Source: Oikopleura dioica
Lineage: Eukaryota > Animalia > Chordata
Length of the DNA: 64,000 nucleotides
NCBI GenBank assembly: GCA_907165135.1
Contig: OU015567.1
Span: 10,912,001 to 10,976,000 of the forward strand
Direction of reading: 5' to 3'
In this document: positions 1 through 13,146 of the stretch, in pieces
How positions within the stretch are numbered: the stretch's first letter is position 1
Layout of the letters: each line of letters opens with the position of its first letter
Made by a program: the position numbers and the translations under genes
Notes under the pieces: generated by a model
Seen by the model: the letters and a program-made list of their open reading frames with translations, nothing else
Told to the model about the DNA's origin: nothing
Database searches by the model: none

Positions 1-3000
1 TCCAAACTTTAGTAAATGATCATTTCATTATGCAGCATATATTATGCTCTGAGCAGAGTTTAATTAGTGCGAATGAAAGTTTGTTGACGTTTATTCACGT
101 TTGTTCTCAGTAAAATCATTTTGCACTCTTTCCACAAATAAATTAAATGCAAAACAGAAGGGAGAACACTAACTACGGGTTTGATTATGTTTCATATTTT
201 GGGATTAAACATGTCGCTTTTATTTCATTTACGAGTATTACATTGTCAATTATGAAAAATTACCAAACACAATAATAGAAAAACGTGTGTTCTCAATTAG
301 CAACAAAACGGCAGCTATCCATCAATAACAATCCAGAAAATCAAAATAACACGAAATGAGCTGTGGCCAGAATCGGTCCTAGTTCAACCTTCTTAGAGGA
401 GCAGGATTCGCACGCGCTGACATTTTTACTGCAGAGCGATTATCGTCCCTCTCGCCTTTTAGTCACACGGAAAGGGTTTGTTTTCACTCGCGAAGAGGGG
501 AAATACCTTGAGCCCGAGATTCTCGGACACTCCCTTTCCAGTTAATCTTTGCTGCTTTTGATTTCACTCCCGCGTAAATCAGTCTTTTGCTGGAAAGAAA
601 TATCAGTGGGGAAAGCCTTAAAAGCAGCTCAAAAACCGCGGAACAGCATTTTCTCATTCATGGGTTGAACGAATATGCAAATCAGGTATGGAGAAGAAGG
701 GGTGGCGGAATTTTTTTTGCGAGATTCAAGTCCAATTAGTCCCGTTACAAAATTCCAGCGACAAGGCTGCTCGCTGCTTTGATGTTTTACGTTGCCAGAA
801 TTTCTCAGAATGCGTTTTGCCGAGTTTAATCACGTGAATTTAATCTTTATGGCCCAGTAAATTCTCCTGTGCGAATATTTACTTTTGACACCTGGAATAT
901 TCTGATCTCTCTTTTTATTTGACAATTAAAGCTAAAACTAAAGTTCAAGAGACTCTTGCGTGTGTCTTAATCTTAGTTGTTTAGGACGTCTTTCTATAGA
1001 GAAGACACGGGCAAATTGACTAAGTGATAAATTCTAGCTCTTGGCAGATTCGATTTTGTAATAAAGGTTGAGCGCGAGCAGATTCGATTTCTGTTTCGAA
1101 TTTGCTGCATAAACATTAGAAACGAGCTCAAGACTTCAAATTATAAGGCAAAATTTAAGCTCGGCGATTCTAGGGCGCCTTAATTAAATTTTCTTATTTG
1201 TCTTAGAAAAACGCTAAACGATAAGGATAAATAATATTATCTTGACAGTTATCTTGATGACGAAAATCTGACAAGTTGATTCAGACCAAAACGTGATATT
1301 TTAGAGAAATTTGTCGCTAAGGCACTTTCGCGCTCGAGATTACGGCGAGTTTAGAGTGAGCATTTCTCTAATGAGCTTCTTCGTTGAAATTGAAGTTTCA
1401 TAATCGCACCGTTTCAACGATTTCCTCGGCTTACGTCCAAATATGGCGTTAAATCGAGTGGACCTATCTCGGATTTGTGAAAGTTTGAGAATGTTTTCAG
1501 TGGAAAGGAGCGGCGATAAAAATCCGTTACAAAAAAAAATTTTATCACCATAAAATTTCTTTATAATCCGCTTTAGAAAAAAGTAATCCTGTTAAAAGTA
1601 CACACAGCTTAAAAGTAACCTTGTTAGAAAAATGCGAAGCCTAAATAAGGAAGGGATAAATCCGCTAAGGTGGCTTTCGCGGATTCCGCAGGGGGCCGAC
1701 CACAACGTTTGTTTCTAAAAATGAGCCGAAACCACAACCACGTTCACCGGAAAATCAGTCCGAAACGGGCCCTCGCTACCCGCCAAATCTTCCTTGACCG
1801 ATGATCGCCTCACGCTGCAATTTTTCCTCTAAATCAAATTCAGCAATTAGTGAATTATCGACGCTTCCGATCATTTCCAACAAAAATCGGCGGTCAATCA
1901 CAACGAATTCAATAATCCCAAACATCAAAGCGAAGAAAATTCTCAAGGGCAATCGTAGAATGTTGGAGAATAGCGAACTTTAGCACGAAACAAGTATTTT
2001 CACGTTCACGATTTTCTCCATTAAGAAAAAGTAAGCCACAGGAGCAAGCCCCTACTCGACCGCGGGAAACCTTTTTGTGGTGGCAGATTTCGCGCATACG
2101 TTTGCAAACTTACGCCACATTTCTAGTGCTTGGTCGTGATATAATAAAATCACCTTTCTGATGTCAAGGGCATGTGGGTTCGTCAGATTTGCTCAAATAC
2201 AGACCGTTTCTAAAAGTCTGCAAGCATCAAAAAACGGCCGCTAGTTGGTAAACTCCGATTACCAAAATCGCCAAGGCCTAAAGGAGATTTCGGCCCATAG
2301 TTGCGGTGCTTAAACTTCCTTATCTGTCTGGGCCTATTTTGCAAGTGTGGCAATTGGCAGAATTAATCAGATTACGCGTATCGCTGTTTTTGTGGTTTTC
2401 TCTTTCATAACAATTTTTTTCAGCAAGGAAAATTGCTGAATAGAGCTTTTTACTCTGAATAATACAAGAAAAGAATAAAATAGGATTTCTGAACGGTATG
2501 GGATTAGGGTTCATTAGAACTCTCAAAAACGTATTTGCATCAAAACGATCAACGTGGTTTGATCCCATTTCTGTTCTCCGCTGAAATCTAAGGCGGAAAG
2601 CTTTGACGTTATCGAAAATCTCGCCTTTCTATTTTTGCGAAATTTGAAAAATTCGACGGCGACGTAAAAACGGAGACAGGCATTTCCTAGTACTAAAATG
2701 TTAGATTTAGAAATTCGCTATTATCGAATCGAAAAATTCTAAAAGCGGAGTACTACAGAAGATCCGAGATTCGTGTCCTGCCGAGTTTGCCCTTTCGTCA
2801 CCAGATTGCCGAGTTTGCCCGTTGCGCGATAACAAGTTGAGAAGATGCGATGATGCTATTAATTAACACGCGAGCATACAATGTGTACTCAAAAAGTGAA
2901 GCTGACTTTTCGGAGAAGTACTCCAACACCTTGCACTTTTCTTGAGCCAATAGAGAGCGTAATTTGTTTTCACGGAAAACTTCGCGAGTTGATTTACGCA

Positions 3001-4943
3001 AATTTGGCGGAAATGGACGTACTTCTATAAGGTCGAATCTAATTTTATAGTTTCTAATGTAGGAGATCTACAAAAGGAAGAAATGTCACGAACTATGGGC
3101 TCATCAAATAGGACATTTTACGGAATAAGCTCACTCTCTATTCACGGAAATGATGGGTCTAATAAGAAGAACTAAAAATCATCTACACATAAAGTCAACA
3201 TATGCATCCAAGACTGAGTTTATTTATAAACATGTCGGTATTCTAGCAGCCCATAATTTAAAATCTCGAGGGTGGTAGTATTTCGTGAATGTATCTTGTG
3301 AGAACCCAAGAGCTACATGCAGAGTGAGGGGCAACCACAAATTGACAGATTCTCTCGCCTCGGCCGCTTCTGCTCTTGCGGAATTCCGCAGAACCCGCCT
3401 CAAATCGCTCAAAGAATGCGCCAAGTGCCTCCTTCACGAAGCCGTTATGCCAAACACAAAAAAGTATTTCTAAAAACAATGAAAAGGAGTATCCGACGTG
3501 GAAAGCTAATTCCCAATATTTTCTACCACGCATAAGTCCGAATTTGAGCTTTCTGTAGAAGTTTTATGAGTGGATTTAGGAAAGTTCAAATTGTTGAAAT
3601 TTAAAACTCAATTAGCTCCCTCCGCCAATTTTCTCTTGTTTACGCTACACTGACTTAGAGTGCTTATACAGGCTACCATCGTTGGTCAAGAAAAAATTGC
3701 TCAGGACCGCAAGGACGAGCCGCTCCCTTCCGACCATAAAGAATTTTCGAAACAAACAACTATTCTACCGAAAGGGCATAATCCCCGACCAAGGTCGCTT
3801 CGGACAACTATTGGCTTAGAATAGCTGCTTATTATTTTCGCTGTTTTGTGGAGGATGAATTAATGAGATAAATTATTTGCGGTGAGAAAGATATCTTGAA
3901 GTTGCATCTTTTTGGAGATCCCGTAAAATGGCCGGAAAATGAAGACGTTTATCCCCGGAAGAGTTCTACTGAAAATACATCCCCGCCATCCGCCCTTATT
4001 GGAGCTGGAAGAATTTAGGAATCCACCTTAAGACCGTCAAGTCCAAAACTCAAGTTGATCAAAGAGCAACCCCTGCCCAAGATCGTCTCTCTCGATCTGG
4101 CGCATCAGGCTTATCATTAACTCCTTATCACTCTTACGCGCTTGTGATTTGGCAGCACGTGTTTGTTTGAGTTCAATCCGGCGGATACTTAGAACACGGC
4201 GATTGCTGCGGTCGTTAGAAGAATATTTTATTTGAGCAGAGGGGTAAACTGTTTACCCTCCAGTGTTTATCATAAGTTGAAACTAGCCAACTCAGAGGCA
4301 TTGATACGTAGCTCTCTAAGAAAACGCTTTTTATATATTCGAAAATGATTTGATAATTTGACCATAATCAATTATTAAAATATGGCATTGTTAGAGCAGA
4401 ATCGACCGCGCGTACTTCCGTAACAACGGTTTTCAATGCCACTGTCTCGTGTGGTTTCTAATCCGCTGCTTTGGCTAACCACTTGGTGATGCATTTTTTC
4501 CTTTCTTTCGTTCTAACCGGGGGCTTGGCGATACCGATACCGCGCGCGGATTATCCGCCGCGCAGGTTAGAAAAGTCAGCTCTAAGACAACCGAAAACGG
4601 TATGTATCTAGCTGGAGAAAAGAAACACTCAAGTGCTGGAGCTAGGATAGAATTTGGAACTCGGCAATTTGATATTCTCGCCATAAATCGATTGGACAAA
4701 GTATTCAATAATTACATGTCTAGTTAGTTCATAGCTAGATGCGACTAAGTCATATAAAGCTATTCACTCTAATATTTACGGCTTAGGTCATCCAATAACG
4801 CGTCGCGCATTCTCATTATCCGACCTGACCCGTAATTTTTGCGCCACGTCGCTCTTTTGCGCTGTCCGTACAAAATTACCCGAAAATTTCCCGTGGACGT
4901 TTTAAGATTATGAGAATATGCAGTTTTCTATTGTGGCTCTTAC

Positions 4944-5174
4944 CGAGAATCATTTCTTCCAGTTTACGGCGATCGACTCGGAATCGCTCTTCGACCCAAT
5001 TTGGTGGAAGCTGTGGGGGCTCTTCAACTTTTGGAAGACTGATGGGTCCGATAGGGTCGATTTTAGCTGGTTCATCTGGAAGAGAAATAGGCCCGATTGG
5101 CGTTGGCAATACCACGGGAACTTCTGTTGTGACTGTTGGTGCTACTGGAGCTTGTGTTGGCAGGCAAGGAAGAT
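4944..5174 (-). CDS. BICC1: Bicaudal-C homolog, N-terminal exon (start codon unresolved; no downstream KH exons recognised in the window)
   Basis: PPNWVEERFRVDRRKLEEMILG matches the Bic-C N-terminal motif EERFRVDRKKLE. The exon is bounded by a TTTAG acceptor (5175) and a GTAAG donor (4943). Confidence 0.75.
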
Positions 5175-8100
5175 CTAAAGAAATATATTTAGCACACAAT
5201 TATTAAAGTGGTATTATATATCAATCGGCAATAAAAGAGAAACCTTGTCTCGATGACAGTAGCAAATGATAACACTGTTATTACAAGTAAGAATAATAAA
5301 AAAGTCAAAATCAACGTGGTACATTATCTTCAGGGCCCTAGTGATCCGGGATCATCCGGCCCCAGATCAAGTGAACACGAGACATATCGATAATCACGTT
5401 TTTGCCAAGTGTTACTATAAAGCTATCAAGAAAAAATCGGAAGAAGACGATGTTCAATTCGCGTTTAGAAAATAATGAAATCACGATGTCGATCAAAAAT
5501 GATGGCCCGCGCACTCGAAATTCAATTGAACCTGCTCCGCAACGAAAGTTTTCTTCGATTTTATAAGTTGGGTTAATACAGGTTCAGTTTAGGCTGCATT
5601 TTTAATTCTCTCCGTCGGTTAATTTATTTTACGCCTTTATCGCGCTAGAATTAGCCTGATAACAAGCAAACGGGAGTTTTTCTATTGAACGATTAAGCAC
5701 TGATAGGAGCTGCTTACAAACGTATCCCAAACTAGGATTCTTAGTAGGAACAACTAAGTCTAAGCTAATTTTTTGATCATTGGAGATTCATGCTGCAAAT
5801 GAGCAGTTTTCAATTTTGACTGTGCGCGACTCTGGAATGCACAATATCCCGCCGAAACCACAACCACAACCGGGAGGCCGTTGACGTTCATAAATTAAAA
5901 TTTCTAATGCACGGCGCCGAGTTTTTAGAACTTTTTGGAACCGCTATTTTCCACAATCGAATCGGCAATTTTCAAAATTAAATGGCTTCTGTATTCAATA
6001 ATGTGCAGCTTGAAAAAGGGGATTGTCTTTCTATTAAATAAGAGGAGCTTTCTAACTGCTTGAAAAAGCAAAGCCAAATCTGCGGGTTCGAGGACTGCTG
6101 CTGTTTTGTCAACCGGATCAGGGTTGAGTACATTGCGGCTTAACTGTGATGAGATGAGGATGCAAGACATGCGATTACTCCACCTCTCCTCCAAGACCGC
6201 TTCTTCTGAAAACGTGGGCTCTGCCGAAAGTACTCTTGCTGAGCTGCAACTGAAACTACAGCCACGAAATCACGTTTTGTAAACATAACAGCTTACACTG
6301 AATGATTAATTAAAGAGGAAATTGTACACTGTCACCTCTTTCCGCCCTTCCTTCAGAATTGTCAGAGCCCGTCGAAATCTGTACTTTATTCGACCCTGAC
6401 CGTCGAGCAAAGTCACCCTTAGCGACCCGCGGTAAAGGCTTATTCCGCTGTTTAGACGCGCGACTGTCTGACGATTGACCTCTCTAGCCCACGTGATTAG
6501 TGATGGACCAGGAGGTCTAACCGTTGCAAGCTTCTTCGCAAGATTAAATGCTCACTTTAAATTGAAACAAAGAGAAGCTTGAGAAATCTACGGTAAATTT
6601 CGTAAAACAAAGCTGGGAACGTTCAACGCTGGAAGATCTCTAATTCGAAAAGTGAATAAAGGGTTGAAAGGCTGCGGCCGACTCTTTCGCCGACGCGCGA
6701 GTACTTTTGATATGAGTTGGACACGGATCCTTATCGTTTGATCCCGCGTGTGACGATAAGGAAAGGGGAGGGGAGCAGTTTACTTTGCTGCGTTATTTGA
6801 GAAAATATCCACGCTGGCCTTGGTAAAATGAGTGAGAAGGGCACAGGCTTTGATGGAGCTGTACTGTCATGATAACATCACGTGATAGTGTCACCACCGG
6901 GGTTCCGAGATGAATATTAGAGCTTCTCATAGACAAGATACCGGATCCGTAAGTACAAGTCTCACAGCTCCCGAAGTGATTGAGTTACGAAGAAGATCGA
7001 CTGGAGAAATTCATAGAGCTCTTGAAAAAGGTTAAACGCGGATTATTAGAAATGATTGATCTTCTGCAAAAAGTAATATAACTTCGACCCCGGTGAACGT
7101 GGGCACTTGTTGCGAGGTGTCATGAAATTCAGCACCGTGCGCGGCCGCTATATTGCAACACTAGATTTTTACATGTGCACTTCGCCCATCTGGCCGCACC
7201 AGTTGATCAATCTCCATCTCTTTTTTAGTAATTATCACGTTCCTCCCTGTTCAAAAGCATCTGGAGAATGCTTGACACCTCTTTTGAAAATGCCGAAGAA
7301 GAAAGCACGTTCATCTGAACGAAAAAAAACGTTTACCCAGATGTGAAAAAACGCTCAATTCTCAATCCTATCAATCAATGGAACGAAAAGTCTTTCTTTT
7401 GTTACAGTTGCGAATAGTACAAACACCATGTGTTCTTTTTCACAAGAAAAATCTTTTATTTCCTTTTATTGGTTTCTAATTTTAATGAAAAAACCCCACT
7501 TTTTTACCAATTTTATTAAAAAAAAGCTTACAAAAAATATAATGTATTTGCATTTATCCTAATCTAATTTTTAAAAAAATCATTTCCTTGTTGCTTTTTT
7601 CCTGTTTGCGTCAAGAAAGCTGATGGTCTGCGAGCATTCTAGGCTTATCGCCATCACTAATTGAGTTATTAATGGATTCCGCGATTTTGGGGAGGAGCTG
7701 ACTTGTCCGTTAAATTAGAGTGCCCTTGGTCAGCGCTGATTTTCAGCTTCTCCTCGGCGTGAAGCATTTCGCGGCCACAGAAGTAGATTAACCATGACCG
7801 GGCGGTTCATTAGACCCTTTCTAGAGCCAATTAAACGCTGTTAAATCAAGAACTGGAGGAAAAGTATTCGTGATGGAATATGCACGTATGGGATTAAGTA
7901 TGCTTTGACATGCATTCCTGGTGAGATGGAGATGAAAAATTCGGCGATGCAAGATTCCTCCCGGAATTCGCGTTGTTCACCTCATGTAAAAGCGGGACTG
8001 TGTTGGATGAAAGAGAGCATTCCCGTTGCTGAATGCACGACGTGTAAGGACTCGAAGTGCTTAGTCCCTTACGTGGTTGAGAGGCCAGTAAGGAGGAGCG

Positions 8101-9353
8101 GTAGCCCCTTCCTACCCACGCTGAGGCTTCCGAGGTCATTCACAATTTCCCTAATCACCGGCCACGGCCATAGGTTTAAAGTAACTTTGCTCCTAACGTG
8201 GACAGCGGAAGCTCAACAAAGAATTTTACTTCAACAAGATCACTTGGTTTTTTTTCGAAAAAATCATTCATGAACACTATGTTACAGAGGGTATTTTTGC
8301 AAATATTTATGCTTTTTGAGAGGATACACGACAGATTTTCTCCTTCTTCTACCGTAAAGTTCTATCACAGAATCAATAGTATTAATCATAAAACTGCTAT
8401 TGACACAGAAAATCACTAACAAAAAGTACATCTTTATGGAAGTCTTAAAGGCTAATGACCGGTCTAAGCCGCCGCGTTTTTCTATCTCTGCTTTTTTGGT
8501 CAACGAGCACTTCCCACATGGGTAAATTCCACGAGCATATTCGGAAGCGTCTAAGCTCTACTTTTTGCATTCACCCCAAACCTGCAACGTTTTTTTCCTT
8601 TATTTTCATTCCATGTGTTTTTGTTTGAAGAGCTAATTCGGCGCCAGTGTAATTATTGTTTACTGCTATTAGTAGGGAAAATAATTAATAGAATCGATGT
8701 CGGCCTTGTTGGACCAAAAACAAGTGTTAAGCCAAAGATGCTGATTGTAACCGGATTAATTAGGTGAGTTATTCTGCTCATGTCATTTGCGTATAGTATG
8801 ATAACAATTTGTCGATATCAACGTAAAATACTTTAAATTTGCGCTAACAGAAAAAATGCCAGGTGAATCAGTCAGCTGAAAATTTGCCTTCTGCGTTCGA
8901 GAGCTGCTTCTCTCTGCTGAGCTTCATTGAAAAGAGCTCTCTCTCAAGGGCTCCTTTAATCTTATTCCCGGATCCCTACAGAGCAACTCGCCTCAAGCAC
9001 TCTTCAAATATATCACAATTACAGGGTTCCATTCAAGAGCTGAGTTTTTCGCACTTTCCTGACTGACTTTAGAAGATTTACAGTCAGGAATCTATGTAAC
9101 AGCCATTAAAAAATGTCTGTGCTCTATAAATATATTCGAAGAATCAAGAATCTGAAGATATGAGACGTCTGGTAGGCGTTCCTAAAAACGACCACTTGAC
9201 CACAGAGTTGCTGTTTGGGTAGCGCGACAAAGGGTTAAACCAATAATCTGGTCACAAATCCTCATTGTCCCTTACCGTCGCCAAGAATCTCTCCTTATCA
9301 AAGCGTACAACAGTGGAGCTATTCCAGACCAGCAGAAGCGCTGGAAGAAATTA

Positions 9354-9545
9354 CAGAAAATAATCCTGGTCTGGGACGGTCAAAAATACGCCTGGTTTGG
9401 GACGGTCGGGCCATTTAAAGATCAAAGGCGCACGCCTGGGGGGTCCTTTTTAATATGAAAGTGGCGCCAGAGGCGAGAGCGAAAATAATCCTGGTTTGGG
9501 ACGCTTTGGCTGATTAAGACCGTCCCAGACCAGGCGTATTTTCTG
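9354..9545. mobile_element. 192 bp non-autonomous MITE, Tc1/mariner-like
   Basis: Terminal inverted repeats CAGAAAATA(AT/CG)CCTGGTCTGGGACGGTC with 2 mismatches, flanked by TA on both sides (9352-9353, 9546-9547). Internal copies of the TIR motif at about 9383 and 9482. No ORF. Confidence 0.8.
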
Positions 9546-10736
9546 TAATCCACTTCCGAACGAGCGAATTACCCGAGCTAGAAAGAATAGAAGTGACGCT
9601 TTTTATGGCGAGATAAATGGTGACGTTAATAATTTTTTTGGCAAAACTTTCAAGGATAATCGAAATCCTCGAATATTCTGCTAAAAGAGGATTCGAACGA
9701 CTCCTATTCTTTTCATCATTTCAACAGTCTTGACCCCAAATAAAAAGATCTACCGGTGCCGAGGACCATTTATGTCACGTTGAGTAATCGCAGCATAGTA
9801 CGGCGAAAAACCTAATCCCCAAGTCAAGTGCTAATTACACCCGATATCCGAGTCTAATTGAACTCAAGGTAAGACCATCTGGCTTCTCCTAAATAATGAT
9901 GAGTCTATGCCTCGGCCAAAAACACCGGAATGTTCCAACAACACTCGAAGCGTGTGTATTTGAAAAAGTACGTAAAACATCAGCAAATAAAGAAATAAAA
10001 AGAAAAAAATGCGAGATAAACAACCCCCGGAAAAGGTCATCCACGCGCCAGGGGGCAAGTCAAGTTTTACATCTAAACAACACATCCAATCCGAGTAAAA
10101 AAAAACTTGTTCTATTTGCTCGGCAATGAGCTACTATTTGCGTAAAGTAAGTCTTTATGCGTCTCTTTGAGATCCGATCTGATTACGCAATATCTTTCTT
10201 GGGGAAAATAATTACCTTTCACTTGAGGAAGGACTTCCGCCATATTTGTCTTATTGACGATTTCTTCTTTCGTTTCTGGTTCGATTTTTGTTCGTTTTTT
10301 TGCGATAATTTCTCTTTTGATAAAAAATAAAAAAAATGATTGGTTCACTCTTGACGGAAGAAAGTTTCTCTCTCTATATTAAAAAGAAAGTTCCTGTAAT
10401 TGACAAGGGAAAATCCTCGGATTGGGAATCCGTTGTTGGAGCAGAGAGTTGAGCTGCGCGAACTTGTCAGAAGGCGCGTGAAGCCGCGTGGTGGCGCTCC
10501 CAGACGCGCACACAGGCGCTGGAAAAGAAAGCGCCGCCGCGCGAAAGCGCGGAAAAACGCAAAACGCGCAAAGCAAAATGCTCCACCTAATGGCTAATTA
10601 CAGTAGATCTTCATTGTTGATGCTTGTTCTTGGTTATTTATCGATTTGAAGAGAGCAATAATATCATGCAAATGAAAAATTTGAAAAAGGAAACCGTCTG
10701 AAACTGGATGTTTTTTGGAAACACTCTTACTCTCTT

Positions 10737-10753
10737 TACAGTAAATTACTGTA
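10737..10753. repeat. TACAGTA-N3-TACTGTA micro-palindrome, copy 1
   Basis: TACAGTA AAT TACTGTA; same motif at 16439 and 40157. Confidence 0.7.
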
Positions 10754-13146
10754 TCATACGTTACCTTAAAAGACATTTTCGCCGGTATCTATGATTTTGC
10801 CCTTCACAGAATCGAACGGTCTGTCCGCCATAAAGCTTGCATGCATTTAATGGTTTCTAGAAATCTTTAGATAGAACTGAAAATAAAAAGAAGACATCGG
10901 TAACTGAATAGCCTCTTACGTATATTGCGGGTTCTAAAAATCAATTCGAATTGTTCGCTCAAGAATAAGCTATGTACAATAAGATCGTTAGCAGCTAAAG
11001 TATACGGTTAGAAATTGAGAGAGTTAGCTAATCGTAGATCAATCTAAGCCAGATGAGCACGTGAAGGCACTTGTACGTTCACATTTTAGAACATCCAAAG
11101 GTCTCGATTTCGCCACTTATTTCTGTCGCCTTAAAAATATCGGAAATTAATACCTTTTGAAAATAAAATTTACGGTTTTCAGAAAAATATTGGTATTCAA
11201 TGAATAGTACCTTTTTGTATATTTTTCTACCGATGATAGAACTGATAAATCTGTCATTTACAATTATGTGTCTGAAGAATACTTTGAGATAAGCTTCTAT
11301 CATTTAAATTACTTGAATACCTTGATGCCACTAATGAGTTGCTTATCTTCTGATACAATTGATGATTTGTTATGATCTCAGTCAAAATACTCGGTAATTA
11401 AAATATAGATCGAAAACGATGGTTAATCAATCATAAACATAAGGCTAAATATTTTCAATTTATAACTGTCTCGAAAGAAACACGCAACGTGGCCTTAACA
11501 TGGGTAATCTTAACATTACACCTTCTCAGAAATTCGCTGAAATAATCAAGTGACTCTCTCAAATTTCGACGCCTGAATTGAAAAATCCTTATTTTTAGAT
11601 TCTAATGCGATCGACCTGAGTCTTTTTCTAAAGAAAAAATATAACGGAGATTTGAATAATTTGACTCTAAGACAACTAAATTCTTGTACGGGACGGTAGG
11701 AACATGATCGATAGAGATCAACTGGATGTTCGGCTGGTTAAGGAAGCAATACAATGGAAAACTGATGGGTACTATCCGGTGCAGAAAATAATCATATTCT
11801 TTTTTTTGCAAATTTTGGAAGCATCAATTCTTGCAGATGCGAGAAGGCTGCTAAATGATACGGAAAATAATCAGGGCGTCAGATAACAACTTGCTTGATT
11901 TTGGATTTGTCCTCCAGTACGTAAAAACGTTGATCCCCACGTGTCGCATTATCTTTGTTGCTGTTAGCTCAGAAAAATATGCTGATACGATCAGTTACTA
12001 AACCCGGGAAGATAAGGGCGCTAATTTAGATGGTTTTACGCTTGTTTGTCAAAATAGGCCTTTGAAAGCCATCTTGTTCATCTGAAAAACATTAAAAAGA
12101 CGCGCCCACATCTTAGCTAAAAATATCTTCTTTGAAAAATAATAGTTAAACGATGTGATATCAATTATATACCGGAAAGCTCTTGAAATTGTTCATAATA
12201 TCGAGACAATTTTAAAATATTGGATTACTTGGTAGATAACAATTTGGTTTTTACTTGAGAAATGACAAAAAAAAAACAATAATGATCTGATCATAATTGA
12301 CAATTATCATTACTACTGGTATTGAGCATAATGACGCATAATTTATGCGCCTCTATCACTTCTCTCTAATTATATGTACAAATAATCCTCTTAGAATAAA
12401 GCTACATTAGATTATTGCACCTAGTCACTTTCGGTTATAATTTCTACTCCAACACGTCTTCAGCGCATTCCAAAAAATGCAAGTGAGAGTCCGTCGCTGA
12501 CGTGGGAACGATGGTAAAGGTATTTAGTCAGAATTTGCAAATCCATGTTAGCCAAGAAACTTGGGGAGGGATTTTGTTTTCAGAAGAGAATCTGCTTTCA
12601 GACATAGATAAAGTCCGGCAATCTCACAATCGTAATTGTGCCAGTTTTTCATCAAGATATTATCTTTGAGAGAATATCTGACGAGTTAAATAGTCAGCCG
12701 AAAAGATAAGCCATGAACAATTTGTCTTGGAAATATGCGTCGCAAAGTGAGATTTATTTTTGGCAAAATTTACCTCATCCGTGCTTCTAAAATGTTCACG
12801 GATCAAAAAAGGAACAAGAGTTCCAAACAGAGCGTGGCGACTTTTGCTACCAAAAGCGAGCCTAGTCGATATTGTACCGACACGTGATCTTACACGTACA
12901 GTTTTTGCAAAAGAACAACGGCTGATGGTTTCACTAGGGACAAATATTATCCTATGTTTAGCCGAGTAAGAGGGATGACATGCGATTTGATCTGTAGGAG
13001 CTTTAGAAGCATGTCATTGGATTGAATGTGATGATAGAGATTTAAGTTTTTTGAATTATTATTTATTTACAGATTATTAAACAGAAATATGAACTGAACA
13101 TTCTAAAAGATAGTCCATCGTCCTATCCTTTCTTCATCTTTTCAAG

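Noticed and set aside
2779-2820. Direct repeat TGCCGAGTTTGCCC x2
   Set aside because: Only two 14-nt copies with a 15-nt spacer; consistent with a local duplication and not an array.
7894-8560. Overlapping ORFs on both strands, considered as a retroelement remnant
   Set aside because: No RT, integrase, gag or transposase motif and no LTR or TSD recognised; left unannotated.
9685-9705. GTTCGAATCC (T-loop/B-box-like) on the minus strand
   Set aside because: No paired T-stem, acceptor stem or anticodon arm; not a tRNA.
11079-11900. Fragmented coding-like AT-rich segments
   Set aside because: Many stops, no consistent splice model and no recognisable domain.
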